From the IMG/VR virus record IMGVR_UViG_3300009788_004654, positions 1 to 47,704 of that record: 47,704 bases of DNA, one strand, 5' to 3'. The notes under the pieces were generated by a model. It had not been told where the DNA came from, ran no database searches, and saw only the letters and a program-made list of their open reading frames with translations. A program made the translations under genes and the position numbers. The stretch is from a virus (lineage: Duplodnaviria; Caudoviricetes). This document shows, one piece after another, positions 19,671 to 29,911 of this stretch; position 1 is the stretch's first letter, and every line of letters begins with the position of its first letter.

Positions 19671-20072
19671 TTAGTTTTTATATTTTTTAAAAGCTCTGTA
19701 TATCGAATTTTCACTAACACCCAACCAACCAGCAATTTCCCTCTTTGTTTTAAACTTGCACAATCCTAAATTAATTGCTAATTTATTTAAGTTACTCAAT
19801 TTAGGCTCGTCAAGTTTAGATATAATATAATCTAGTAAATCATACAAATCATGACTTTTATCATACACATAATCAGAATTAGAATCACTAATAAGACGTA
19901 ACCTTTCACTATCTTCAATAGCCTTAACTTCTGCATCACTATCCCTATAGTTAGAACCTATTTCACCAATATTTATGACGTTTAAAATCACACCACTATC
20001 CTTATTACCTTCAATTGCACTTTTAATAATCTGAGTAGCAACTCTAATATCTTGAAAAAGTTTTTTAGGCAT
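19671..20072 (-). CDS. protein with C-terminal helix-turn-helix
   Basis: TKREIAGWLGVSENSIYR motif. Confidence 0.7.
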   Translation of the reverse strand: MPKKLFQDIRVATQIIKSAIEGNKDSGVILNVINIGEIGSNYRDSDAEVKAIEDSERLRLISDSNSDYVYDKSHDLYDLLDYIISKLDEPKLSNLNKLAINLGLCKFKTKREIAGWLGVSENSIYRAFKKYKN

Positions 20073-20091
20073 CTACTATATCCTTTCCACT

Positions 20092-20637
20092 CTAATATTT
20101 CACCATCAAACCATCAAATACTTCATCCTTACCAATTCCAAGTCTTTGATTAAAAATTTTAAGCTTCCTACCCCAACGCCTTCCAAAGTCTTCGGGATAC
20201 CTACTCCTTCTTCTACGCCAACTATAAGTTCTTTCGCTCAACCAATACGAAAAATTTTCAAGATTATTTTTATTTTCAAAAAACCCTATTGCATTTTTCC
20301 TATTGTGTTTAAACCAATTAAAAAAATCATAGGAGGTTTTATATACAAAAACACTAAAATAATTTATTGGTACATTATATTCAACAGCAATTAATTTTCT
20401 AAGCTCTTTAATTCTTCGTAATTCCCAATCATTAAAATTATTAAAACCTGTTGCTTCACTAAATAGCTTTATAAACCAATCATTCTCATATCTACTATAA
20501 GCCGAAGCATACCTGCGTCTCTTTTTCTCAGCCTTATGCATTTCAAATATTCTTTTTACAGAACTTCTACCAATCTGTCTGTTCTTCATTACAACTATTA
20601 CTGGAGTTCTAACTGTTACAGGAGACCTTTTCATCAA
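20092..20637 (-). CDS. hypothetical basic protein
   Basis: Coupled ORF inside the replication operon. Confidence 0.6.
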   Translation of the reverse strand: MMKRSPVTVRTPVIVVMKNRQIGRSSVKRIFEMHKAEKKRRRYASAYSRYENDWFIKLFSEATGFNNFNDWELRRIKELRKLIAVEYNVPINYFSVFVYKTSYDFFNWFKHNRKNAIGFFENKNNLENFSYWLSERTYSWRRRRSRYPEDFGRRWGRKLKIFNQRLGIGKDEVFDGLMVKY

Positions 20638-22198
20638 CCAAAATCACCTTATCTATATGCTTACCTATAATATTTTCAAATTCAATCGAGTTTTTAGCTA
20701 TCTTAACAACAAACCCCTCCTCTTTTTCATAAGCTGTCATTCTCTTTAACGAATGTTTAGCCAAATATATATCATGCATATCCAGTATGTCAACAAAAAA
20801 TACCTCTTCATCACGATCCCTATCTATCTCACCACTACTTACAGGCACTTTCCTAAGTAACCTACCCATCTGTTGTATTTGTGTCCCTTCAAACTTAAAA
20901 CCATCAGCTTTAATTCCAGCATTACCCTCAGGAAAATCTATACCTTCATTAAATATTCTAGTACATAAAAGAATACGTATTTTACCCATTCTAAAGCCCT
21001 TCAATATTCTTCTACGCATAGAACCAGATTCATTACCAGTAGCAAAAACAACAACAGAACTATCTATACCACAACTATTAATAAGCATATCTTCAATTAT
21101 TTTACCATGCACCTTTTCTCTAACAAACAATACAGCAGACAACCCATATTTATATAACGCATTTATAGATTCTGCTATAAAGCTATTTCTACCAACATTT
21201 CCAACTATGCCATCTGCATATGCACTTACATAGTTTTCATATTCAATATCTTCATCATATGGCAACAAAACAATAATAGGTTTAGCAAGATATCCATGCT
21301 TTATCATCCAACTTGTAGACTTCTTATATATTACACCACCTGTTACAGCATGTAATAATACATCATTACCATCAGATCGCTTATATGTAGCCGTAAACCC
21401 AACCCTAACCAAAGCATTTACACAACTATATAAAACAGCCTTAAAAGTTCTAGCAGGACCATGATGTGCTTCATCAAGACATATAACTTCCAACTTACTA
21501 AGAAAATCCTTAGCTATAGGACAACTTTTCTTCCACCTAGCAATTCTATTAAGATATTTAAGCTTCTTTAATTTATTTTTAAATTTTACTTTTTTAGGCG
21601 GAGGCAATAGCATGTCGCTTAAAGTATCAACACTTATAATTGTAATACGTTTTTCCTCCCAAACACCTTCACCTATATAACCTATTTTTTCACCAGTAAT
21701 GGCTTTAATATCTCTCTTTAACTGCAACAATAAACTAGTACCACTAGCTATAATACCAACTTTTCTATTATTAATCACAGAAGCTAAAGAACCAATTATT
21801 AATGATTTTCCAGTACCAGTAGGAATATTAATTATCCCCACATGATTTTCAAATATTTTATTTAGAGCTTTAACTTGATAAGGTCTTAAAAGTTTAGAAC
21901 CAAAAGTTAACGACGAAGGTAATTTAGGAATGTTAAAATACTTTCTACGATCATATATTTTATATTTAACATTTTTCTTAGAAAACTTCTTAATAACAAC
22001 ATTAAGCATACCAGTAGGAAGCATATCTTTATAGCTTAATAAATGTACATAGCCATTCCAGCCACCAACTCTAAAGGCTTTTGTAAATTGACTACCTTCT
22101 TGAAAATAAGATGTACATTTGTCAACTAACCGACGTTCATATGAACTAAGGTTTCTAAATTTTGTAAAAACTGTACCTACCACTATTTTTACATCCAT
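20609..22198 (-). CDS. superfamily 2 DEAH helicase (UvsW/XPB-like)
   Basis: LRPYQ, PTGTGKS, DEAH, TAT, EGIDFP and QMGRLLR motifs. Confidence 0.92.
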   Translation of the reverse strand: MDVKIVVGTVFTKFRNLSSYERRLVDKCTSYFQEGSQFTKAFRVGGWNGYVHLLSYKDMLPTGMLNVVIKKFSKKNVKYKIYDRRKYFNIPKLPSSLTFGSKLLRPYQVKALNKIFENHVGIINIPTGTGKSLIIGSLASVINNRKVGIIASGTSLLLQLKRDIKAITGEKIGYIGEGVWEEKRITIISVDTLSDMLLPPPKKVKFKNKLKKLKYLNRIARWKKSCPIAKDFLSKLEVICLDEAHHGPARTFKAVLYSCVNALVRVGFTATYKRSDGNDVLLHAVTGGVIYKKSTSWMIKHGYLAKPIIVLLPYDEDIEYENYVSAYADGIVGNVGRNSFIAESINALYKYGLSAVLFVREKVHGKIIEDMLINSCGIDSSVVVFATGNESGSMRRRILKGFRMGKIRILLCTRIFNEGIDFPEGNAGIKADGFKFEGTQIQQMGRLLRKVPVSSGEIDRDRDEEVFFVDILDMHDIYLAKHSLKRMTAYEKEEGFVVKIAKNSIEFENIIGKHIDKVILVDEKVSCNS

Positions 22199-22240
22199 TT
22201 AGGAAAAACTCCAGAGGAAATTAGATTAGAACAATCATAC

Positions 22241-22265
22241 TATTATACGGCAAACACTATTATTA
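22241..22265 (-). promoter_or_regulatory. putative promoter TAATAA-N8-GCCGTATAAT for the replication operon
   Basis: Perfect TATAAT ~45 bp upstream of the helicase start, within the shared motif. Confidence 0.5.
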
Positions 22266-22295
22266 AAATAAAAAAAACAATTACACAAACCAATA

Positions 22296-22643
22296 TTATC
22301 TATTCCTACCATTAGTATCCTCAACAGCACTATTTATTTCTATCATTAATGCTCTTAATAATATTAAATAATTTATATTATCTAATAACTTTTTATCCCA
22401 TTGTTCTATACTTATCTTCTCACCTCTAGCACTTTTCTTTATATAACTATACACAGATGTAACATGTTTAGTCATCATACCACGAAGTGACTCTTGTGGA
22501 GAATGTTCTTCAAGAGCAGCACCAATTTTAAATTGCTCTAATCTATCAATATCACCGGAATAATCTTTCTCTTTAACATCTAATAATATCCTACACTTTC
22601 CAAGTGTCTCCTCAACAATTCTATTAAATTCTTCTACTCTCAT
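22296..22643 (-). CDS. Nmad1/DUF1599-like all-alpha nucleotide-associated protein
   Basis: K..DY...D.L..F, KH and D..NY..L pattern, with an AAGGAGG RBS. Confidence 0.55.
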   Translation of the reverse strand: MRVEEFNRIVEETLGKCRILLDVKEKDYSGDIDRLEQFKIGAALEEHSPQESLRGMMTKHVTSVYSYIKKSARGEKISIEQWDKKLLDNINYLILLRALMIEINSAVEDTNGRNR

Positions 22644-22678
22644 TCAATAATACCTCCTTTTATATTTTTACATATGAA

Positions 22679-22796
22679 GTTGAGAGGGGCCGAAACCCCT
22701 CTCAACCGTGATTCCTTACAGTTGGGCATATTCTGTAAGGATTTGGGCACCACATGTCTGAGAGGAGGAACTAGCGGCACCCCTCTTCTACGGTTG
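22679..22796 (-). ncRNA. candidate structured RNA / attenuator
   Basis: GC-rich intergenic island with four helices, including an 11-bp hairpin capped by U-UUCG-G. Confidence 0.55.
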
Positions 22797-22819
22797 GCAA
22801 GACCACAGAAGAAACTAAT

Positions 22820-23800
22820 TTAATCTCTAACTAAACTAATATGTCTTACAAAATCTTCAGCACACTTTTCAATTGTAAAATTATCCTCAAAGTGTTTAAC
22901 TATAGTTCCAGTATCCCACTTCTTCTTAAGAGCATTAAATATAGTATCTCTAAGATTTTTATGGTTAGTTACAGTACAAAAGAAATTTGGAATATACTTA
23001 ACATCAACATTTATATCATCAAGCATAACTATAGGAATACCAGCAGCCATATATTCCACTATCACTCTAGGATTCCCACTCTTTGCATGAGCACCAACAA
23101 ATCCTAACCTACAGTTCTGTATATGTTGAAATACCACATTTCTTTCAATACTACCAGTAAAAATACTATTCATAGGATCATACAACACAGCCATATCCAT
23201 ATTATAATCACCAATATTCAAAAAATTAAGCTCAGTTTTATCTATTGCTTTAGCCAATACCTCCTGCCCTTTATTTATAGGTATACTAGTTACGTTACAA
23301 ATATCAAAATATTTAACTACCACATCAAATAATTTAGGTGGCTTATATCCTTTCAAAAACAACCTATGTTTTGAATTAGGAAATTTACTTTCATTTATAG
23401 ATAATCTTTCAATAGTATCAGTCAATATAAGATCATAATCAAGTCCATCAGGTGGAGAAAATCTAGCTCCAGCACCATAATAAATTCTTTTAGCATTCTT
23501 AAATAATTTCAAAACAGGGACATACTCCAGAAAGCCTCCTCTGGCAAATATAATATCAAAATCAATAGAATTATCAATAGAATTAAAACTCTCAAAACAT
23601 CTCATTCTTAACCCAGACTCATAGGTAAAATTAAAACTAGGTTTTCCCCAATACCATATTTCAGCACTATCAATAAACTCCTTTTCCAACAATTCGTTGA
23701 TAAGCAACACATAAAAATCATCAACATCTTCAATCTTATCTTTTATCATATACTTAAAATTTAAATCACTTATTTCAGCCCTTAACATCAAAAGCTTCAT
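22820..23800 (-). CDS. GT-B glycosyltransferase (GT4-like)
   Basis: NKGQ and GNPRVIVEYMAAGIPIV motifs. Confidence 0.75.
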   Translation of the reverse strand: MKLLMLRAEISDLNFKYMIKDKIEDVDDFYVLLINELLEKEFIDSAEIWYWGKPSFNFTYESGLRMRCFESFNSIDNSIDFDIIFARGGFLEYVPVLKLFKNAKRIYYGAGARFSPPDGLDYDLILTDTIERLSINESKFPNSKHRLFLKGYKPPKLFDVVVKYFDICNVTSIPINKGQEVLAKAIDKTELNFLNIGDYNMDMAVLYDPMNSIFTGSIERNVVFQHIQNCRLGFVGAHAKSGNPRVIVEYMAAGIPIVMLDDINVDVKYIPNFFCTVTNHKNLRDTIFNALKKKWDTGTIVKHFEDNFTIEKCAEDFVRHISLVRD

Positions 23801-23870
23801 ATCTAAATACCATCCATTATAGCACTACTACACTTATATGCAAACGCCCTAAAACTTAATTAAATTACTA

Positions 23871-24275
23871 TCAAGATCCTCTTTCAAATCTATCAATATC
23901 ATTCAATGTTTCTTCCCAAGTAGTAAACCTAATTCCTTTATCATCAATATAAAACGCCGCTCTAACTTTTTCGCTTGTTACTTCATAAATATATTTATCC
24001 AATCCATGTTTAATTAACCATTTCCAAACCAATATAATTCCAGTTTCACCTTTTATTAAAGGTCTAATACTACTAGCTTTACATGTAGAAATTACCAATG
24101 TATATTTTTTAGATAGGCAATCAAGTGCTTCTTTAGTTCCTTCCACAGGATCATCATAAATTGTACCATCATGAAAACCTTTTGAGTTTTTATGAATAAC
24201 ACCATCAAAATCCAACACTAATGTTGAATTCTCCTGCTTCTCGAACTCTTCTGAAAAATCCGCTAAAGATTTCAT
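23871..24275 (-). CDS. HAD-superfamily phosphatase-like protein
   Basis: DFDGVIH and K..A..YIDDK motifs. Confidence 0.8.
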   Translation of the reverse strand: MKSLADFSEEFEKQENSTLVLDFDGVIHKNSKGFHDGTIYDDPVEGTKEALDCLSKKYTLVISTCKASSIRPLIKGETGIILVWKWLIKHGLDKYIYEVTSEKVRAAFYIDDKGIRFTTWEETLNDIDRFERGS

Positions 24276-25159
24276 TATAAATTCAACTCCTCATGTATTT
24301 TATACATACAATCAAGAATACCCTGACCAAGATCTAAGTAGTACTTACCTACAAATCTTCGACCAACTTTTGATGTGAACGAATATGGAGTAATATTATA
24401 ATTATGAGTTGGAGCAGAAGATAAAAATTCTAGTTTCACATCCATTTTACTACTAAGAATTTCTTTTATCATCAAAAGCAAATCTTTTACTTTTATTTGC
24501 TGATGTCCTGTAAAAATTACATGTTGATTTAAATATTCATCAAAAAGTATTTCTACACTTGCTTTAGCAGCATCCCGAACATGAATATATTCTCTTACCT
24601 CCTCACCATCACCGATACGAGTGATTTTACCCTCAACAAGTGCCTGTTTTAAAATCTTGTAAATAGGATTTCTATAATCAGCTCTTGGCCCATATAGAGA
24701 ACCATATCTAATAATAGTATAAGGTAAACCAGCCTTACCATAATTTTCTATAAGCAATTCACATGATTGTTTTGTAACTCTATAGAAAGATCCAGTATTG
24801 CTATAAACATAAAGTGAACTTGCAAAAATAAATCTTTCTATCTTTGCATTATAACATGCATCAAGAACATATGTAGTTCCTAATATATTTATCTTAACTG
24901 TTTCTATAGGGTTTTGATCAGCCTCACCAATATCTGCTATACCTACAAAATTATAAACAATATTACAATCCTTAACCAAATCCTCTACAGCTTTTTTATC
25001 AAGTATATCACCAATAATCATTTTTTGTCCAGGTAATAAATAAGGCGATTCTTTGCAATCAAAAATAACAACCTCATATCCAGCCTCTGTTAGGGCATCA
25101 GCAACATGACTACCAACAAAACCAGAACCACCAAACACACCTACTACTCTCTTAGACAT
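24275..25159 (-). CDS. NAD-dependent epimerase/dehydratase
   Basis: GGSGFVG, ASS, YxxxK (YRVTK), YGP and REYIHV.D motifs. Confidence 0.9.
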   Translation of the reverse strand: MSKRVVGVFGGSGFVGSHVADALTEAGYEVVIFDCKESPYLLPGQKMIIGDILDKKAVEDLVKDCNIVYNFVGIADIGEADQNPIETVKINILGTTYVLDACYNAKIERFIFASSLYVYSNTGSFYRVTKQSCELLIENYGKAGLPYTIIRYGSLYGPRADYRNPIYKILKQALVEGKITRIGDGEEVREYIHVRDAAKASVEILFDEYLNQHVIFTGHQQIKVKDLLLMIKEILSSKMDVKLEFLSSAPTHNYNITPYSFTSKVGRRFVGKYYLDLGQGILDCMYKIHEELNL

Positions 25160-25937
25160 CTTTAAAACCCTTTAGTAGATTTTCTACTGCTATTTCCTCC
25201 ATCTCTTCTCTAGCTTCCAAAGTTGCTCCTGCAACATGTGATGTCAAAATAACATTTTGATGGTGACTTCTCAACAACATTTTATAGTTCACATCAGAAG
25301 CAAATCCAGCTAATTTACCATTAAGTAAAGCTTGAGCAACAGCCTTCTCATCAATACATCCACGTCGTGCAGTATTTATAAGATAAGAACCATCTTTCAT
25401 TAGTTCTAATTCTTCTTCGCCAATAACACACTCATCACCAGAGACGTGAATAGTTACAATATCACAATTTTCTAACAAATCTCCTTTAGCGTGTGATGTA
25501 ATATTCAGATCATCATCATAAACCATAACACCACAATGTAATACATCTCCAATCAACGTACGAAAATAACAACCTATCCTACCATAACCTATAATCCCAA
25601 CACTCATCCTCTTTAGATTTCTAGCAGGCAAAGATCCTTTTAAGAGCCTTAAAATCAGCATTAGAGTAAATTCAGCCACAGCCACAGTTAGAGCTACACA
25701 GGGCGTATTAAACACTTCTATATCTCTTTCTTTACAAGCTTCTAGGTCAATATTATCTAACCCTACACCAACACGAGAAATAACTTTCAAACCAGGCCAT
25801 TGCCCTATATCAAAAGGTCGTGTATCAAGAATAACTCCTTCTACACCTGGATACCCAATTTTTATACCTCTCTTAATAAGACGTGATTTAATATCCCCCT
25901 CTTCCATTGTCATTAGCCTATATAGTATCTTAATCAA
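25152..25937 (-). CDS. D-isomer 2-hydroxyacid dehydrogenase (PGDH-like)
   Basis: SRVGVGLDNID, GYGRIG, INTAR and H.AG motifs. Confidence 0.88.
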   Translation of the reverse strand: MIKILYRLMTMEEGDIKSRLIKRGIKIGYPGVEGVILDTRPFDIGQWPGLKVISRVGVGLDNIDLEACKERDIEVFNTPCVALTVAVAEFTLMLILRLLKGSLPARNLKRMSVGIIGYGRIGCYFRTLIGDVLHCGVMVYDDDLNITSHAKGDLLENCDIVTIHVSGDECVIGEEELELMKDGSYLINTARRGCIDEKAVAQALLNGKLAGFASDVNYKMLLRSHHQNVILTSHVAGATLEAREEMEEIAVENLLKGFKDV

Positions 25938-25947
25938 AATAAACCCC

Positions 25948-27429
25948 CTAACTAAAATATTTACTAATATATATCGATCTTAGTTCATTAAAAATATTTT
26001 GTGCTTCTTTATCATTTCCTTCAGCCTTCTTTATTTTAGGCCAATACTTTTTTGGAAGGCGTGTATAAAGAGCAAATGTTTTTCTCAATCCTTCAACTTC
26101 ACTTCTTGGAAGTTGAGGCATATTTAAAGCAATATCAATTGTCAAATTTTTAGTAACTTGAGACTTAGAAATTAACCCCTTTTCCAAACAAACTCTATGT
26201 AATGACGTTCCATGAAAAGGCGAAAAAACATAAGCATTAGTAGTATCAAATACCAATTGACGATTTATATTAATTGTATCAAACACTAATTCTCTAGTTT
26301 CATCAGGAAAACCTATAATATTATTAACTGTCAAAGGAATTCCAACATCGGCTATGATATTACAAGCTTTAATAATTGCTTCATTTGAAATATTTTTCTT
26401 GAGAACCTTTTTTCTAAATTCAAAATTTCCATGCTCAATCCCCAAAGACATACGATGACATCCAACTCTCTTTAACTCCAACATTTTTTCTTTAGTAATA
26501 GTCTCTACACGAGTTTGAATCCAAAAGGGAAGTCTAAACTCACTATAAATTTCAATAAACTGCTTAAATTCTCTATCAGTCATAGATAAAAATGTATCTG
26601 AAGGGAAATAAACATATTCTGCATCGTGTAGATTAATCAACCGTCGAAGTTCTTTTTGTATACACTCCATACTTTTCTTCCTAAAAAAATTTCCTGCTTT
26701 ATGCTCACGATATAGTCTCGATTGAGAGGGAGAATTACAATAAGCACAACTATATATGCAGCCACGATTGGTCTCTACTGAAACAGTTCGATAGATTTTT
26801 CCTGCCATTGGCCTTAGAAATCTTTTTGGTTCAAAAAGATCATAATCTGGACAAGGAAGATTATCAAGACTAACAACTAGACGAATTCTATTCTTAATAA
26901 TATGAGAGCCTTTTCTTATCCAAAAATTTCTAATTTTTGATATATCTTCACCATTTCTCATCTTCATACAAAGTTCTAATAATGGACCTTCACCCTCGCC
27001 TATACAAACAAAATTAACTCCCAGATGAGAAAGAATTTGAGCAGGTGCAAAAGTTGGAAAAACTCCACCCACAACCACAGGAATTTTATAATGCTGAATT
27101 ATATCAAGAATTGAAATTGCCTGTACATATGTAGACTCAAGTATAGAAATTGTAATAAGATCCGGCCAAAATGTTTCTATTTTATTCTGAAGATCTCCAA
27201 ATAAATCTGTTTTTTCTAGTGAAACATTTTTTTCTTCATAATCAAAAGGACGAACCTGAAGATTAGTCTCTTTTGCCTTATCCGACATTGTTGAAGAAGT
27301 TTGGTAATAAGTTGTATCAAAAAGAGCCACTTCAAATCCAGCATTTTTTAAAATCGCTGTAAAGATACCAATACTAACAGGAGGAGGATTAAGCATCATT
27401 TCATTAGGATAAATAAATAAAATTTTCAT
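25948..27429 (-). CDS. cobalamin-binding radical SAM enzyme (class B methylase-like)
   Basis: N-terminal B12-binding domain (GG..PT, GEGE), RGCIYSCAYC, GIE.G and IGFP.E. Confidence 0.9.
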   Translation of the reverse strand: MKILFIYPNEMMLNPPPVSIGIFTAILKNAGFEVALFDTTYYQTSSTMSDKAKETNLQVRPFDYEEKNVSLEKTDLFGDLQNKIETFWPDLITISILESTYVQAISILDIIQHYKIPVVVGGVFPTFAPAQILSHLGVNFVCIGEGEGPLLELCMKMRNGEDISKIRNFWIRKGSHIIKNRIRLVVSLDNLPCPDYDLFEPKRFLRPMAGKIYRTVSVETNRGCIYSCAYCNSPSQSRLYREHKAGNFFRKKSMECIQKELRRLINLHDAEYVYFPSDTFLSMTDREFKQFIEIYSEFRLPFWIQTRVETITKEKMLELKRVGCHRMSLGIEHGNFEFRKKVLKKNISNEAIIKACNIIADVGIPLTVNNIIGFPDETRELVFDTININRQLVFDTTNAYVFSPFHGTSLHRVCLEKGLISKSQVTKNLTIDIALNMPQLPRSEVEGLRKTFALYTRLPKKYWPKIKKAEGNDKEAQNIFNELRSIYISKYFS

Positions 27430-28161
27430 CTATTCTCCACCTGATATAGTGACAACTTCATTTGTTATATAGGTATTTTTTTCACTGCCAAGAAAATATA
27501 CTACTTCAGCAACTTCCTCTGGTGTGCCTATTCTTTTCAATGGAACCATAGCAATACGAGTCTCAATATCTTTAGGATATTTCGAATGAAAATTTGTATC
27601 GATAACCCCTGGTCGTATTGTATTAACAAGAACATCATAATCAGCACCTTCTTTTGCTAATGTTTTTGTTAATCCTTCAAGAGCACATTTTGAACATCCA
27701 TAATGTAAAGAACTTCTAGACCCACCATATTTTGCTGCAATAGAACTAATATTAACAATGCGTCCAAAATTACTTTCTTTCATATTAATAAATACATGTG
27801 AAGAAATTAATATTGGAGCAAATATATTTAATGTAAATGTCTCTAATAAATCCTTATATCTAAGATTAGTAAAATGTTTCTCAGAAACATAACCACCAGC
27901 ATTATTTATTAAAGCATCAATTTTAATATACCTAATCTCCTCTATAAAATCCTCTATATCCTCCATTGAAGATAAATTGCCCTGTATTAGACTACACCGC
28001 TGACCAATATCATTAATCTCATGTTTGACAGAACTAGCTCTCTCGTGAGAAGAAAAATAATGACAAATAACATTCCAATCATTGAGTGCATATTTCAATG
28101 CGATAGAACGTCCAATACCTACAGCACCACCAGTTATGAGAACTGTTCTAACATTCTTCAA
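27430..28161 (-). CDS. short-chain dehydrogenase/reductase
   Basis: TGGAVGIG, NNAG, NISS, YGCSK and PG motifs. Confidence 0.92.
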   Translation of the reverse strand: MKNVRTVLITGGAVGIGRSIALKYALNDWNVICHYFSSHERASSVKHEINDIGQRCSLIQGNLSSMEDIEDFIEEIRYIKIDALINNAGGYVSEKHFTNLRYKDLLETFTLNIFAPILISSHVFINMKESNFGRIVNISSIAAKYGGSRSSLHYGCSKCALEGLTKTLAKEGADYDVLVNTIRPGVIDTNFHSKYPKDIETRIAMVPLKRIGTPEEVAEVVYFLGSEKNTYITNEVVTISGGE

Positions 28162-28162
28162 T

Positions 28163-29191
28163 TTATTTACCCCCCTCTTTTAATATTTGGGCTGTTCGCC
28201 AAGGACAACCATTACAAGACTCTAAAAGATGAGACATGCCTTTCTCATGAAGTATTCTAGCCCATTTTACAATCGTATTATGCCAACATTCATAAATGTT
28301 TTTTTCTTTTAAATTTCCAAGCGAAAGATATCTGAAATCATCATTATTACAGGGCATAATTGTACCATCCCATTCAATAGTCATACGCTGCCATAGTTGA
28401 GGACAAGCCCAATAATTATCAATCAAATGCATATTACGATTTTTTACATCTTTATAATCAATAGCAGCTACTTCATCACAATGAGATTGCCAAAACTCTA
28501 CATATTCATTTAAATCCAAACCTGGTAATCGAACAGTCTGAACTCTAACTTTAGGATAATCACCATAATTTCTTTGCTCCCTCAGTTCAATAAGTGTATC
28601 AATATTTTGCAATATACGAGCAAAATTAGCACCTTTACGCTCTCTCTCAAATACAACTGGATCAATACCTTCAACTGAAATTGAAATTCTATCTAATCCT
28701 GCATATATAAAACTTAAACTCATTTCTTTTGTAAGAAGCATTGCATTAGTATTAAAATAAACATCCAATATATCTCTTTGCTTCGCATAAGCTACCATTT
28801 TTACTACTTGAGGATGAAGTAATGGTTCACCACGATAGCTCAATTTAACAGCACTAAGTCCCTTTTCACAACCCTCATCTATAATTTTCTTATATAATTC
28901 AAAACTCATATCACCAATCTGATCCTTATTGAGCAAAGGAAGTTTATCACAAAAAGTACATCTTAAATTGCACCTATTAGTGACTTCGATATCTAAATTC
29001 AGAGGAAAATCACCAACAATAAATTTCTTGGGATTTTCAATCCATTGTCTACGATACTCACGATATTTCAAATCGCTTCTTTCATGGACTGATTTTCCTC
29101 CAAGAGAAGTAAAATTAGAATTAGGGACTGATTTAATCATGTGACTCATCAAAATCATATGGAGTTTTTGTTTCAGTAAAACCATGCTCAT
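28163..29191 (-). CDS. radical SAM/SPASM protein (start uncertain)
   Basis: CNLRCTFC, GEPLL, TNA and C...W....WDG...C...CNGC motifs. Confidence 0.9.
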   Translation of the reverse strand: MSMVLLKQKLHMILMSHMIKSVPNSNFTSLGGKSVHERSDLKYREYRRQWIENPKKFIVGDFPLNLDIEVTNRCNLRCTFCDKLPLLNKDQIGDMSFELYKKIIDEGCEKGLSAVKLSYRGEPLLHPQVVKMVAYAKQRDILDVYFNTNAMLLTKEMSLSFIYAGLDRISISVEGIDPVVFERERKGANFARILQNIDTLIELREQRNYGDYPKVRVQTVRLPGLDLNEYVEFWQSHCDEVAAIDYKDVKNRNMHLIDNYWACPQLWQRMTIEWDGTIMPCNNDDFRYLSLGNLKEKNIYECWHNTIVKWARILHEKGMSHLLESCNGCPWRTAQILKEGGK

Positions 29192-29900
29192 TTAGCCAAA
29201 ATTCTACTCCAGGAATTTGCCATTTATAATCTATATCACAACCTCCCCATTGAATAAGTGGATAAATATTGCGTCCCATCCACTTTTGCGGTAATAACCC
29301 TTCATCTATATTTTCAAGGCATTTGGGACGTACAATAGATAGGCCCATATCAGCAAACCAAACATCTCCTTGTGAATCACGATCACAGTTTAAAGTTTTT
29401 GGGTCACCAAAAACTTCAAACGGAACAAAAGGTGTAAGTACACCATTTTTGTCAATTTTCCTCGCTCGAAGAGGACTCCACATATTATAACAAGAAGCCG
29501 TTACTACTGAATCATATTCAGGATGTTTTCTTAAAATTTCAATACCTATATCAATAATACCAGGCACTATAGTAGCAGCATTACAAAATAATAATACAAT
29601 TAATTCAATTTCTCCATCAAACAATTCTTTAACTACTTTATACCCATGTACAAAAGCATCTTCACCCAATGCCTCCTTAGTAGCAAGTTCAGGAGGTCTA
29701 TCAATAATATCCCAACCATGAGAACGACCAATAGCTTTATATTTTTCAGAATCAGTAGAAAGATAACACTCATCAATATATTTTGAATTCTCTGCTGCCA
29801 TCATAGGATATATCATCAACGGTCTACCAAGTATAGGATAAATATTCTTTCCAGGAAAACCAGCACTACCTTCTCTACCTAATAACAAAGCAAAAATCAT
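29133..29900 (-). CDS. acylneuraminate/Kdo-type cytidylyltransferase
   Basis: GR.GS.GFPGKN, STD, RP.ELA and DID motifs. Confidence 0.85.
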   Translation of the reverse strand: MIFALLLGREGSAGFPGKNIYPILGRPLMIYPMMAAENSKYIDECYLSTDSEKYKAIGRSHGWDIIDRPPELATKEALGEDAFVHGYKVVKELFDGEIELIVLLFCNAATIVPGIIDIGIEILRKHPEYDSVVTASCYNMWSPLRARKIDKNGVLTPFVPFEVFGDPKTLNCDRDSQGDVWFADMGLSIVRPKCLENIDEGLLPQKWMGRNIYPLIQWGGCDIDYKWQIPGVEFWLNEHGFTETKTPYDFDESHD

Positions 29901-29911
29901 AACTGCCTCCT

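Noticed and set aside
22679-22796. tRNA, hammerhead ribozyme or known riboswitch
   Set aside because: There is no cloverleaf or T-loop. CUGAGAG and GAAA on the plus strand do not form a hammerhead core, and I recognise no known aptamer consensus.
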